Positions 37,530-51,013 of a stretch of DNA of 64,000 bases are shown in pieces. The stretch is taken from positions 51,844,662 through 51,908,661 of the forward strand of contig NC_068981.1 of assembly GCF_001194135.2 (NCBI RefSeq), written 5' to 3'. A program made the position numbers and the translations under genes. How positions within the stretch are numbered: the first letter of the stretch is position 1; the number at the start of each line of letters is the position of its first letter. The notes below the pieces were generated by a model. It had not been told where the DNA came from. It saw only the letters and a program-made list of their open reading frames with translations, and made no database searches. The DNA is from Octopus bimaculoides. Its lineage: Eukaryota.

Positions 37530-39870
37530 ATAAATTCAGTGAAACTGAGCTTCTCTAAGAATGCAGAAGTCTGCGAAAATGGCTGACGGGATCTCCAGAC
37601 CTCACAGTATCGTCGAACTTGCATTAAAGACTATATCATAAAACACCATACTAGATGTTTGCCCTGAATAGGAGCTTCTAGTCCAGCATGGCGGTATGCT
37701 TGCACCTGCGTTAATTGGCCGACTGCTTCAGCTTAGAAGCTGTGGAGATATATTTTACTTATTTCTTCTTCAATGAAATGGGTGCTTTTCACTAACCCAC
37801 ATACACATTTTGCATGCACGTGCATACATGCACATTGTTCGATAAAAAAAAATCTCCTGAGTTCATTCACGCACTTTTATCCCACATGATGTCCAAAATC
37901 ACCCTCCTCACTAAGCAAGTTTGGTGAATTTTCCAGTTTGCTTTGTCGCTGACAAACCGACCATGCAACATTTACTATTGAATTATACGTTAACAGTAAC
38001 ACACACACACATAATATTTCACATAATATTTCACTCCTTCTCCCAGTGAATGAAATATACGAATTATCAGCCATGAGGTCATATGTAAAGAATGAACGGG
38101 ACACTTTCAAATTATTCTGGACAAACCACTCATCAACATTTACGAACCTATCATAGATTCCCATCGACAGAGCACCTGATGAGGTTCCTTCCATTTTTTA
38201 AATAATGACACTTATATAGCCATTGTTCTTTGATATAGCATCAGGTGTAGAATCACTTACTGCTGACATATACGCCTACTGAAGCGACAGTTATTGAAAA
38301 ACTTAGTTATTTCCTCGATGTGGTTATCAGAGTCCATCCCCTCAATTATTTCATAATGGTAAAGTCATTCCTCTACGCAAAAACAAAGCGAGAAAAAGTT
38401 ATATGAATCATCACAGAAGAATGTCACTCTTATCAATTGTTGCCAAAACCTTGGAAAACTACACCTGGTAGCTTAATTCATAACCTTACTACTAATCTCC
38501 TGCAAGAAAGTTAGTGTGGATTTCTAGGTTCTACAGGGTAAGAATGATTCATGATATGTATATAAAGTAGAATCAGAATATGCATATGAACTTTGTTGAA
38601 CAACATAAATGCTTTTTATACAGTATATCGTTGTGGTTTTTTAAGAATCTCTGCCAAATTAGGTTGTCGGCCCATGTTTTGGGTGTAGGGTGCGTGAATT
38701 TCATGATGGTATGTTGACGATATATGTTGATGATAGTATGTTATGATCACGGGGAGCATAACTGTACAATTCTCCAGTATAAATGGTGCAACACTGAGTT
38801 TTATCTTAGCGCCTACACTTACCAATATCTTATTTTGTCACGCTGCAGGAGACTTTTAGAAAAACTCCACCCGGAATTAATATTAAATATAGATATGATT
38901 GCAAACTGTCCAATCTTCACAAATTACGAGCAAAATCTTTAGTTAATCACCTATTGTTTGTATATTACTGTGGATTGTTTGCGCAAGTCATCAGGAACGT
39001 TACTCGAGAAAATCATTGAACTAACTTCCGGTTCTACAAACAGAAGTCCTGCATCAACCTATTCCATGATATACCAGTGTAAAACTCGTGGAAGAAAAGT
39101 AAACGAAACTTGGTTGGAAACTATGAATAACTTGAAATACACTTTGCTGAAATGTCTGCATTGATATTGAAATGTCACGGTATACTGCACGATGATGTTG
39201 AATAAATGCGGCTTTTGGAAGACTGCACTAAAATGTTTGGTCCAGCTAGGTATTCCTATTGATACAAACATTAAAATTTACAGTATTGTGCTATATTATT
39301 TCAACTCTCTTCTGTAGTGTAGAAACTTGGATAGTGTATCAATCTCATGCTAGATAGGTCAACCATTTCTACATGTCTTGACTAATGTAGAGTTTAATCA
39401 GAAAGTGTTTGGTAGAATTCCTGACATAAAAGTTTTTCGACTTTCAAATGTACCCAATTTGTTTGGTAAACTAAATCAAATCCAGCTGCGTCTAACTGGA
39501 CAAGTCAGAATGCTTGGCTCTATATTGCCAAATTCAATCTTCTATTCAGAGATTACAAACTGAGAACACGCTGTTAATGTACATATCGGTAACGATTCAT
39601 AGGTGAAATGATGGCAACCTTAAAAGATTTCGAAATCAACTCAAGCTCAGAGAAGGATCTTGCTCAAAGCAGATGTACTTAGAACGAAGTTAGTGCCAAG
39701 TAACAAAAGGGAAAGTGTTAAACTGTATAAAGGAAGTCAAAAGAAAAGTACCCAAATCTTGTCCCAACAGTCTTGATATAGGAACATTACTGCGTCACTT
39801 AGTGGTCTGTGACAAGTCCATTTCTGCTAGATTAGAGTTAATAGGCCAAAGAAGAACACATGGGCGAACA
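37530..39870 (+). mobile_element. RTE-clade LINE remnant (end of APE, RT, 3' zinc-finger tail), heavily decayed
   Basis: IPQLFHNGKVIPLRKNKARKSYMNHHRRMSLLSIVAKTL (~38335-38450); NLLQES*CGF; GIPIDTNIKIY...VETWIVYQSH; QIQLRLTGQVRM..ILPNSIFYSE; VCDKSISARLELIGQRRTH (RTE terminal CxxC..ARIGL.SH.RTH). Confidence 0.85.
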
Positions 39871-39957
39871 ATCCATCAGCTTTTAGGTGATCTTCAAATT
39901 GGAATGATGAGCTATTATTATCATATAATTTAGCACATAAATACATGCATACATACA

Positions 39958-39993
<36 letters not shown>

Positions 39994-40045
39994 TATATAN
40001 NNNNNNNNNNNNNNNNNNNNNNNNNNNNNNNNNNNNTATATATAA

Positions 40046-40295
40046 TAGGGTGATGCACTCACGAGCTAGCGACCAGGTGGTCCGTTGTGTTCTTGAGCAA
40101 AACATTTCCTCTCACATTGCTCTGCGATCACTTCGACACCTGACGCATGGTACATAGTGCACCTGTTCAGACAGCGTTGATTTGATGGAGAGAGTGAGGT
40201 AGTGTGCGGCACGAACATTTAATCACTATAAACAAATCATTTGTGCAGGTCATTCAGCAAAAGTTGAACGCTCATACGTTGTCTTCGGCGAGAAA
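40046..40295 (+). mobile_element. SINE family C, head truncated by the gap
   Basis: gttgtgttcttgagcaaaacatttc shared with the 32878 copy. Confidence 0.65.
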
Positions 40296-41279
40296 GTCCA
40301 TCATGTGTGTGTATCTGTATACACACACACATATATATATATAAATATATTTCTCATTGGTCGATACTTACGCAGATACATATATATACATATATATATG
40401 TATATATATATATATATATATATNNNNNNNNNNNNNNNNNNNNNNNNNNNNNNNNNNNNNNNNNNNNNNNNNNNNNNNNNNNNNNNNNNNNNNNNNNNNN
40501 NNNNNNNNNNNNNNNNNNNNNNNNNNNNNNNNNNNNNNNNNNNNNNNNNNNNNNNNNNNNNNNNNNNNNNNNNNNNNNNNNNNNNNNNNNNNNNNNNNNN
40601 NNNNNNNNNNNNNNNNNNNNNNNNNNNNNNNNNNNNNNNNNNNNNNNNNNNNNNNNNNNNNNNNNNNNNNNNNNNNNNNNNNNNNNNNNNNNNNNNNNNN
40701 NNNNNNNNNNNNNNNNNNNNNNNNNNNNNNNNNNNNNNNNNNNNNNNNNNNNNNNNNNNNNNNNNNNNNNNNNNNNNNNNNNNNNNNNNNNNNNNNNNNN
40801 NNNNNNNNNNNNNNNNNNNNNNNNNNNNNNNNNNNNNNNNNNNNNNNNNNNNNNNNNNNNNNNNNNNNNNNNNNNNNNNNNNNNNNNNNNNNNNNNNNNN
40901 NNNNNNNNNNNNNNNNNNNNNNNNNNNNNNNNNNNNNNNNNNNNNNNNNNNNNNNNNNNNNNNNNNNNNNNNNNNNNNNNNNNNNNNNNNNNNNNNNNNN
41001 NNNNNNNNNNNNNNNNNNNNNNNNNNNNNNNNNNNNNNNNNNNNNNNNNNNNNNNNNNNNNNNNNNNNNNNNNNNNNNNNNNNNNNNNNNNNNNNNNNNN
41101 NNNNNNNNNNNNNNNNNNNNNNNNNNNNNNNNNNNNNNNTGATGGATGAGATTAATTTGTTAATTAATTAACATTGCCTACTATTGTTTCAATTCACACT
41201 CAATTGAAGATTTTGAGTGGAATATCATCAGAGCGACGTATGAGCGTTCAAATTTTACCGAATGAACTGCACAACGGAT

Positions 41280-41365
41280 ATAGATGGATGGATGGATAGA
41301 TGGATGGATGGATGGATGGATGGATGGATGGATGGATGGATGGATGGATGGATGGATGGGTGGAC
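41280..41365. repeat. (GATG)n microsatellite
   Basis: Directly visible. Confidence 0.95.
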
Positions 41366-41414
41366 GGATTTATATATATGGAATGTATATTGGGATATTG
41401 GGATGGGTCTTTGC

Positions 41415-41545
41415 ACAGCCTCTGCCGACCAAATTTCATTCACAATGTTTTGCTTAACGTGAAGCTATAACTGGACACTCGACAAAGGTGTCGTGTATTG
41501 AGATCGAATCTAAAACCACATTATTGCTAGGTGAACTTTTTAACA
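41415..41545 (-). mobile_element. Decayed family B SINE head
   Basis: tctgccgaccaaatttcattcacaa...caaaggtgtcgtgtattgagatcgaatctaaaaccaca resembles the 29095 copy. Confidence 0.5.
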
Positions 41546-42514
41546 GACTTTCAAGCTACCTTAATAAGCAAATGTGTGGGGGAGGTGTATGCGTGTGTGT
41601 ACACAGAAAGTAAAAGCAAAGAAAGGAAGGAAGAAGAAAAGAGACACTGTGGTATATGTATGTGAGGCAGTGAATGGCTTATAACATTTTCACAAGCGAC
41701 AGCATGCTTGACTATGTGTGTGTACAAGTTGGTAGGTGTCAAGCATTTTGATTTTCAATTTATATGAAAGGCCTCAGAAAGCTATAAGGCAATCTCTTAT
41801 AAAATTAACAATTGAAGCGATAGCAGAATAACAGAGGCAATAGTAATACACGAAGCGCAGGCAGTGATTAAATAATGCAATGGAGATAACGGCAATTAAA
41901 TTTAAATAAATTGATAAACGCTAACAGAATCTAGAGTGTTTACATGACAGTATTATACAATTATCTGGACGCTCAACTATAAATTAAATTTGAAAATACA
42001 CTACTAACCATATGATTATCAGCTTCCAATGAAAATAAGTTATTTCATTAACTGAAATTACTGAGTATTTTCCCCTTAGGCACAAGGGTTTGGTTTGTTT
42101 TGTTGTTTATATCTTGTTTTGTTTGTTTGTTGTTTGGTGGGTAACAAAATGCTACTTCGAAGGTTATCAACAATTTCAAGTAGTGGAAATAACTTTGATT
42201 GAGAATCGTGACCAGTTCTTGAAATCAGCTTTTGAGCACAGAGCTTAACCATTTTTTTTAACTAATGATATTCTTTAAATAATCGTGTTGTCGTTGTTGG
42301 TCGTGTTGCATATAAGATTGTAGAGGATTTACATTTGACGATTTGGTATTTATCTAATGTTTCTAAAATAAAAAAGCCAATCCATATGTGTTCAAGCAAC
42401 AGTCATAGGAGAATATTTAGAAGAAAAAGTTCAACGATTACTGTGAAACATAACGAATCTGAGATATATTTGTTTCAAAATTAGGCACAATGACAGGAAT
42501 ATTATGGAGAGTGT

Positions 42515-42900
42515 CCAGTCGATTATATCAACCCCACTACTTGGCTGGTATTTTATATTATTGGCCCAGAAGAATGAAATGCAAAGATTGTCTCGACAGT
42601 TTTTGAACACAGTACCTAAAGGGTCGTAATTATATACAACAGGACATCCGACGCTCTCATATACTGCCAATCCAGCATCCTTCATCTGAGATATAGTTGT
42701 TTCTAAATTAAGCAAAGGGTGAGTGATTTTGTGGGTAGAAAAATAATTGGTTATATCGATCGCGGTACTTGAATTGTACATCATTTTTATCGAACACAGA
42801 GATGAAAAATAAAGTGGATTTCAATTCGAACTTAAAGAGCTGAAACAAATATAGCTAGGCATTTTGTCTGAGATTTTAACATTCTGCTAATTCACCGCCT
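42515..42900 (-). mobile_element. Two decayed family A SINE remnants (~42515-42630 and ~42750-42900)
   Basis: gattatatcaacccca...ctggtatttt...gaatgaaatgcaaag; and ttcgaactt...ggcattttg...aacattctgctaattcaccgcc. Confidence 0.55.
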
Positions 42901-43637
42901 TTCATTTGTGGGATAATGAGAGACGAATTTCTCAGATTATAATAATTCGGGATCCGAAGTATCTGACTAGAATCCGCATCAGTAACAATTAATCCGTAGA
43001 ACTTGTAGGAGAGCCATATGTTAGCCATACAAAAATTATAATCAGAATTTCATGCTGATTAAATACTCATTATTTATGCAGTGCTCTCGTTATGTAGCAT
43101 TGCTTTGCACAAATAAGTGCATGATAATTCATGATAATACAAATAAGTGCATGATATACAGGAGGATAATTCCAGCACAAGCGTATTTGGTTTGAACAAT
43201 TGAGACAGTCCTCTTGCTTACAGACGCTATGTTCTAATGATGGCAGGTTACTGAGAATGATGCCCTCTATACTTTATCTGAGAGTGGGTAAAAGAGAGAG
43301 AGAGAAAATGAAAGAGAAAGAGAGGAAGAAATGAAGAAAGGGTATACAGACTGATAAAAAAAATTGAATGTAAGTTAAATAAAAAATAACAGGATTGTTG
43401 CCCTTAATTTAGAAATAAGGGTTTTGTTCAAAATCCAGCTTAGTACTATCTACACTTCTACAAATAAGACACCAGATGACGAGCGGACATCAAAAGAGTA
43501 TGTAGAAAAAGATAAATAATCCGACAAAATATACAAATCTATAATTTGTTTACGTTCTCCACATGAGACATTAACAGAAATTTATATTTTTAATCCCATA
43601 CTAAAGGTAAGGGGTAAATTCTTATCAAAATACTCAC

Positions 43638-43687
43638 CTTCTTTCGATATATAGCAAATTTTGATTCAAAATCAATTAAATTAATAG
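43638..43687 (-). CDS. Candidate 50-nt coding exon (INLIDFESKFAIYRKK)
   Basis: tttcgatttttag| acceptor, consensus AAG|GTGAGT donor, one open frame. Confidence 0.4.
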
Positions 43688-44241
43688 CTAAAAATCGAAA
43701 CTTGAGTTTTATAATCTCGGAAAACAACATTGATTAGAAAGGTTGGTAGGACTTCCTTGATCAAGTGGCAAAATACCACATTTATTCCACACTAGTAGTA
43801 GAAAATAAAAAAAGATGTGACACAATTTCAAATATCATACTTCTTAAGGAATTAGACAAGTATCATTCTTCGAATAATTAATCTCCTCTTTGCGATCATC
43901 ATCTGATATATTATTTCTGGAGTTACTCATAGCACTGGACTTGATTTTAATTAAAAACCTTTACCTCTAAACTAAGGATGACGAAATTGTTATATCCATT
44001 AGGCTAAAAAATAATTTTGCCACTTTTAGAAAAGTCTTTGAATAATAGCTTCTATTTCTGATGTTCCAGATTATTATCATGATTTTAACAATCTGGAAAC
44101 TGTGCTTTGTTTAATCTACACGAAACAATACATAGAAACACCAGAATGTTCTAGATTAATTTTGCAACAAGTTCCTTCAGAACATCAGATCTATTAGCCA
44201 CAAGAAACTGACTCACACTCATGCTCGAAATGTTGTCTTAC

Positions 44242-44269
44242 TGTCTAACGCAGCTGGGAATGACAGCTT
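44242..44269 (-). CDS. Candidate 28-nt coding exon (KLSFPAALD); longer alternative starts at 44318
   Basis: atcctgttctctcag| acceptor, ACA|GTAAGA donor; phase links 44776 (phase 0) to 43687 (phase 1). Confidence 0.3.
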
Positions 44270-44775
44270 CTGAGAGAACAGGATTTCTTTCAGGTAACAG
44301 CAGAAATCATGACTATAGCTAAGGTTGCAATAAGAGAGAAGTGATCAATTATCAATATGTAATTTTTTGCAGCATAGGAACTAAAATTTTCTTACAGTAT
44401 TATGAGTTTTGCAATATTCTCATTTCATCTACTTTGTAACAAAGGAAAATACAAATCCCCAGTACAGAAGTAATTCAAACTGATAATATTGCAATATTAT
44501 AACAACCTCTTGCTTTGATGCATAAACCGCCATGAAATTATCCAAACACTAAATTGCACACTACAATACTCTACAATTCCGTACCTTTTCATTTATATAT
44601 CACTAAAGTAAACTTTGCCACTCTACACTCCTATTCCAGGAGTGTCAAACATACTTCTCTTGAGCTATATCCGACCCGCAGAAGTATTTTGTCTAGCCCC
44701 CATCTCAATTTTATTTATATAAAAAAAAATGTTAACTTTAAAAATCTTTAAAATATATATATATAGCAAGCTTAC

Positions 44776-44980
44776 GTTCAGAGCCGGAACCCAGCCAGAT
44801 TTGTGATTAGAACTGGTTTTGATTAGTAAAATCAGGATATCTCTCTCATTGTAAGTACTTTTAATAGGATTATATATAACATGCAAGATTTTCTCACACA
44901 TCTCTGAACACCAATTTTGTATCATCTCGTATTCTTCTCTTTCTTTATTGTTAGTAAATTGTTTTAATGTATATTGACCA
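44776..44980 (-). CDS. Candidate coding exon (GQYTLKQF...EYEMIQNWCSEMCEKILHVIYNPIKSTYNERDILILLIKTSSNHKSGWVPALN)
   Basis: 68 open codons ending at AAC|GTAAGC; acceptor weak and uncertain. Confidence 0.3.
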
Positions 44981-47229
44981 CTTTATCCATTTACTTTTGG
45001 CCAACACTATGAATAGAGTTTTTAGGAATAATTGTTCCTATACGGTTCGCGAAATCTACTTTATTCTTCAGCCTAGCCTGCGAAGCCAAACGCGTTTGAC
45101 ACTTCTGTCTTACACTATTATATACTCTTGGAACACTATTATATACTCCTGCACTAAATACATCATAAATTATAGTTCTACTGCCTACTACATTACGAAA
45201 ATAGACACTATTATTTCGCCGTCTTAACCATATATTTTTTTGTTTCATAAGCCACAACAATGGCATCAACAATATTGCTGAAGGTGGAAAGAAGGAAGAG
45301 AGTATAAGGTAGTGCCTTTTAAATGGAGAAACTCAAGTGACGACTTCGATACTAACATTACAGCGGCCATGAAAAAGAAAGTGTAGTAGAAATATCACAT
45401 GGAGGAGTATGGGATGAGTAACTGGTTATGGGAAGGGTGAACAAAGAAGGAAAGACAATAATAATGGTATGAAAAGTGTCGCGACGGATGCGTAGATGGC
45501 GTTGGTGGTAAATGGCATCAATGAAAATGGATAATTTCAAATACATTAACTATAAGAATGAAATGGAAGACAGTAGAAGTAGTGGTATCGTATTGCTATA
45601 AAAATAAAAATAACTTTCATCTCTGTCGTCGTCATCATCATCATCATCACATCATCATCGTCATGGACAGCAATAAGAACAACACCATAATATTGATTAT
45701 AATAAATGCAAGACGGATGTACATGTGTTTCTACCTCACTATTTCTTACCAAATCACTATGGAACGGCAAAGAAAGGAGCTACATTCCACTAGTAACTGT
45801 ACTTTAAAGACAAGTTTAACAATACAAAAAAGAGTTAATAATTTACTGGCGAAATACTGTTTCTTTAAGTAGGGGACATCAAGAATGTGTAATTAAGGTG
45901 TCAGTGGCGTTAGACTGTATGCCTCTCAGCCAATTTTTGATAGATTGAAAATTACGTTCTGTCTGAAATGGAAGTATTTAATTCGGTGACATCTGCAGAT
46001 GTTGGATACATTTTAAATGAATTATAAATCGCTAATGTGTCAATATTTCTAGTAAAACTTGAACACGGTTGTATTTACATTTTGTAATAATAAAGTACAC
46101 TAGTCTCGAAGTATTTTGTACTCATCATGAGTAAAGTTCCCCATAAGATGATTGCAGCAATTCAATGATATGTTCTCTCTTCTTTTACAAACAGTCAATC
46201 CATTTACACAACACATACATGAACAAATACACATGCACACAGAAGTAGACAAATAAAACGCGTCTACATATACAAAAGTAAAAGAAATATTTACTGAAGA
46301 AAACAAAATATATTCTCTTGTTCTAAACATTTGGAAAGAAGACTAGTGTCAAGCATTGCAGACAGTAATCCAATAAAAACAAAACAGAGTTTTATATTTT
46401 TTTAATCAAAACGTGAGAATTTGGTATAGTATCAGTGTTGAAATTTCTGACTTTATTTTGTACTTAATGAAATATCCATTCTCCCATACAGATCTCTATT
46501 ATTCGATTCAGATTCCAATGATCAAATTCGGTTTTAAATTAACAATATCAAACTTCATTTGAGAATTAATTTTCATTGTTGTTGGTTGAGACAACATTAA
46601 ATGAATGAAATTAGAGGTCAACTGAATTGTCTTCTTTCTTTACAAGTAAAAGATTATATTTCTTCGTTTGCAGATGTACCCATATATTCACACGCAATAC
46701 ACTGTCTCATAGTGACTTGAATTATTGGAAAATCTACATCGACTTACAATTCCAGTGAAATAATGGATATGAGATATACGTAACAGTTGGCACATCGGTG
46801 AAAAGGTTTGCTTACAACCAAAAGATTACAAAGATCTGTGAAAATTTTGCTAATATTATTTTGTTTCGTTTTTTTTTTTTAGATTTCCTTAACACCTTGA
46901 ACTATTCTGCATTTTATTGCTTCTTTTTTTTTAGTATGATTCTAATCACTGCACTTGACTTTATGTATGTGTGTTTTTGTGCATATTATGCCAAGTCCAC
47001 CACGCACGTGTATACATATATACACATATGTACACAGACACAAACATTCATACATGCGTGCGTGCGTGAGTACGTGTGAGGGGGGTTCTACAGCGAGCCA
47101 AGTCATTCAGTACGGAGATATTTCACATACGCAATCAGATCCACTGGGCACCATTACTAAGATGAAAGATGACAGTTTATCGAAGCAGTTGACTTATGTG
47201 GAGTTGCAACGTGATAAAGCTTAAAAACC

Positions 47230-47620
47230 TTTTAGGGATTTCATCAAATACTCTTTACAGCTCTTAGAGGGAATGTTTAAATCTGAGAGCAATTGTCGAA
47301 AAATCGATTGGTTTCGAAAGGACTGATCTATGATGCTTGTTAAGCAATTGAAACACGGAGAAACGAATAATCCATCTTGAAAGATCAAACTCCATCGCCA
47401 ACAGGAATTGATCTCAGTCTTAGACGCATTTCAACATAAGCAAAAAGTTACAGGATTATTCTGCAACAGTCTGCATTTCATGTCAATTATGTCACAAAGC
47501 TGAGCGGCTCTGAAAGTGCACAAAGACTAACATAATGTCAACAAGTTTTTGGTATGTAATATTTGCAAGAAGTCTTGCAAAATCAAGCGAACCTGAAGAG
47601 TCACGTGCATACACACGAAT
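47230..47620 (+). mobile_element. RTE-clade LINE 3' end, decayed, with C2H2 remnant
   Basis: EAIVEKSIGFERTDL...ETEKRIIHLER region, then LVCNICKKSCK..ANLKSHV, similar to the third finger at 33.8 kb. Confidence 0.55.
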
Positions 47621-47662
47621 ACTCTTTGCAAAATTGAAGTGATGGCTCTCTTTAGAAAAGTG

Positions 47663-47800
<138 letters not shown>

Positions 47801-48000
47801 TAGTAATATTAGGCTTTTTCCATGATCATGTCCAAACTTTTGTCTTCTGAAGAACCGCTCATAGCAAGAAAATTTTTGTATCATGGAGAGTATCATCAAC
47901 TCCGAACAATTAAGGCCAATAGATATTTGAGAGCTCTTTCTCCTGCGTGTACATCCAAGTGGATAATGTATATGTGAGTATATGTATATTACACACCCTC

Positions 48001-48043
<43 letters not shown>

Positions 48044-48044
<1 letters not shown>

Positions 48045-48170
48045 GAGGTCTGATCAGAAAGTACGCGAACTATTACTATAGTAACAGAGCTAAAGAACGC
48101 AGAGAAAATCCCCTTGACACAGATTAACCTTGGACTCTGATAGACGATAACTGATGAAGGGTCGTTCTTT
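48044..48170. mobile_element. Mariner-like TIR and subterminal remnant inserted in (TA)n
   Basis: cgaggtctgatcagaaagtacgcgaact resembles mariner TIRs (cgagg.ctg.tcaaaaagt); follows a TA run. Confidence 0.45.
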
Positions 48171-48734
48171 ATGTTACTTTCGTGTTTTTCATTTGATTCT
48201 CTTGTTGTTTGCGTATCAACCCATTTGTTTTCGTATTTCATGCTGTTTACGGTTTGTGACGGCTTGTACCCATATATGCATATATAAGTGTGTGTGTGTA
48301 CGTGCGTGTGTGTGTGTGTATGCATGTATGTATGTATGTATGTATGCATGTATGTATGTACGTATATGTATGCATATATATATATCATTTATATTATCAT
48401 TTGATTGAACGCCATGACTGTAGTAATATCCGCGAAACGATCATAAGATATTTTATTCTTTAAACTTTAGGTTTCTTTATATTTTATATTTTAGAATTTA
48501 TAATATTCATGCTTATTTATACATAAATTTTTATACGCATATATATTTAAACATATATATATCTATTTTTAGATTTTTATATGTATTCATATTTATATTC
48601 CGTATATTTATGTTTTAAACTTTTAAATTTATTATGTTACCATGTTATGTTGGATGTATATCTTTCGAAATATTAAATATTGATTTCCTGAATATATTAT
48701 TGATGAGTTCTACGAATTTATTAATGATATAAAA

Positions 48735-48785
<51 letters not shown>

Positions 48786-48850
48786 NNNNNNNNNNNNNNN
48801 NNNNNNNNNNNNNNNNNNNNNNNNNNNNNNNNNNNNNNNNNNNNNNNNNN

Positions 48851-48911
<61 letters not shown>

Positions 48912-49253
48912 GAGTTTGAAATTCCTTGATACAGTTATAATATTTGGAGGGAAGAATTTTTCTCAAAGAGTTAAGATTGAGAAAAAAACCTTTTTAGAAT
49001 GTCGAAAGACACTAACCATTGGGAAGTTATTTCACAAAATGTGTGTAGGCTTTACTTTTATATATGTGCAAGCGCTTTCAGTTCTTAACGTTTTTTAAGC
49101 ACGTGTTAATGTATATAGTAGAAGTTGTTTTCATTAAAACTAGTTGTTGACTATTTCCGGTTTAGTTTCGGACTCAGAAATCTTATGAAATATCTTATGA
49201 AATATATACTCCTTCTGGAGTAGGTCGTTCTCTTCATTTATTTCATGATGAGG

Positions 49254-49355
49254 GAAAATTGTAATGAAAATTGTAAGGAACAAGAAAATTGTAAGGAACA
49301 AGAAAATTGTAAGGAACAAGAAAATTGTAAGGAACAAGAAAATTGTAAGGAACAA
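49254..49355. repeat. Perfect 18-bp tandem repeat x5 (gaaaattgtaaggaacaa) plus a 12-bp partial
   Basis: Copies at 49266, 49284, 49302, 49320, 49338; partial gaaaattgtaat at 49254. Confidence 0.97.
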
Positions 49356-50963
49356 TTTAAGTTCTGCAAGTTGTCTTTCTCTTCTATTTGTCTCCGAAAC
49401 TACTATACATATTCGCCTTGCCATATTGAAGGGTATGTTCCTTTCTGTATGGGAAGGATGGCAAGATGTAAAGTCTAAATATTGGTGTGTGTATGTTTTC
49501 GTAATAGAAGTCAGTTGTCATAATCTCATTCTCTTTAATTATTGAGATATCTAGGAAGGGGAATTCCCTTTCATTCATTTCCATAGTGAATTGGATTGAT
49601 CCATGGACGATGTTTATTATTTCAAAGAACTTTTTAAGGTCTTCCTTACTTCTGATCCAGAATATAAAGCAGTCATCCAAGTATCTTTTCCAGTTTCCCA
49701 CTAGGTATGAGTGGAAGTTTTGGCCAAAAAAATCTGAGATAAGCAGTAGATTTTTTCTTCCAAATTATCCATTACTAGTGTGGCAAGTGTAGGTGCCACC
49801 CTGGTACCCATCGCAGTCCCATATATTTGTAGGTAGTATTGGTTGTCAAAGAAGAAGTAGTTATTTTCTAGTACTAGCTGTAGCCCTTCAAGTATGAACT
49901 CCTTGGAAAATCTTTCTTGAATTCCTTGTGGGTGTTTGTGCATCCAGAACTCTACTGCTTCTCGTCCTAAGTTATGGGGGATATTGGTATAGAGTCTGAC
50001 TACTTCAAAGCTGACAAATATGGTTTCTTTGTTCATTCTTTTTGGAATGTGGTTTAGGAAATCCATATCATCTCTAATAAAACTAGGGACCAATTTGCAT
50101 AGGGGTTTTAGAATTGTGTCAAGAAAGTTGCTTAGTCTTTGTGAGCTTGATGCTGGTCCTAGTACAATTGGTCTTAATTTAAGATCAGATGGTCTGGGAA
50201 TCTTTATCTAGGGAGTCTGGATGTCCTTCAAACAGTCCTTGATTTCTTTAGATTTGTGGATTTTCGGAAGACCATAGAAGTTACTGGTTTTTACTTCAAA
50301 CTTAGTAAGGTAATCTAACTCGTTTTTTTTTATATGTGTTTGTAAGTTTACTAATCTTATTTAATGTATACCTATCAAGATTATTTTCTAATGTTTTGTA
50401 GAAGTGTTGGTCATTTAGTAGCTCAAGGACCATTTCTCTATAATGGAGTTTGTCCATTATGACAATTGCCCCTTCTTTGTCCGCTTCTTTAATAATTATT
50501 AAGTGATCTTTTTGTAAACATTCCAAAGCTTCTTTTTCTTCATGCGTAATATTTGATTTTGAATGGCCCATTGTGATTTGGATTTTACAGATCTTTTCAG
50601 ATACATTATATATTCCTCTAAGCATCTGTTTTTGTTTACTCCAGCTTGTCTGGTTCTTCGCAATCGATGGGTCTTCCTTCTGTTTATTTTGAAAGAAATC
50701 TTTAAGGCGGAGTTTTCTGCAAAATTCTTCCGTGTCTTTAATAAGATCTACAGTTTTGCGTTGCGGGGTTGGTGTAAATTTGACTCCATATTTTAGAAGG
50801 TTAACGTCGTTTTCCATGAGGTTACTTTCTGAAATATTAATTACTTTTATATCAGTCTTCACTTTATTTCTTTCAAAATTCCATCTATTTCCTGTATCCT
50901 TAGGCTTCTCTTCTGTGTCTGTTTTGAGTTCGTATATCCTAAAAAGGGTTTCTTTTTTGTGAG

Positions 50964-50966
<3 letters not shown>

Positions 50967-51013
<47 letters not shown>
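50967..51013. repeat. (ATT)n microsatellite inside the PLE ORF
   Basis: Directly visible. Confidence 0.95.

Noticed and set aside
46674-46760. Plus-strand terminal exon after a strong tttcttcgtttgcag acceptor
   Set aside because: All three frames stop within 28 codons and nothing links it to other candidates.
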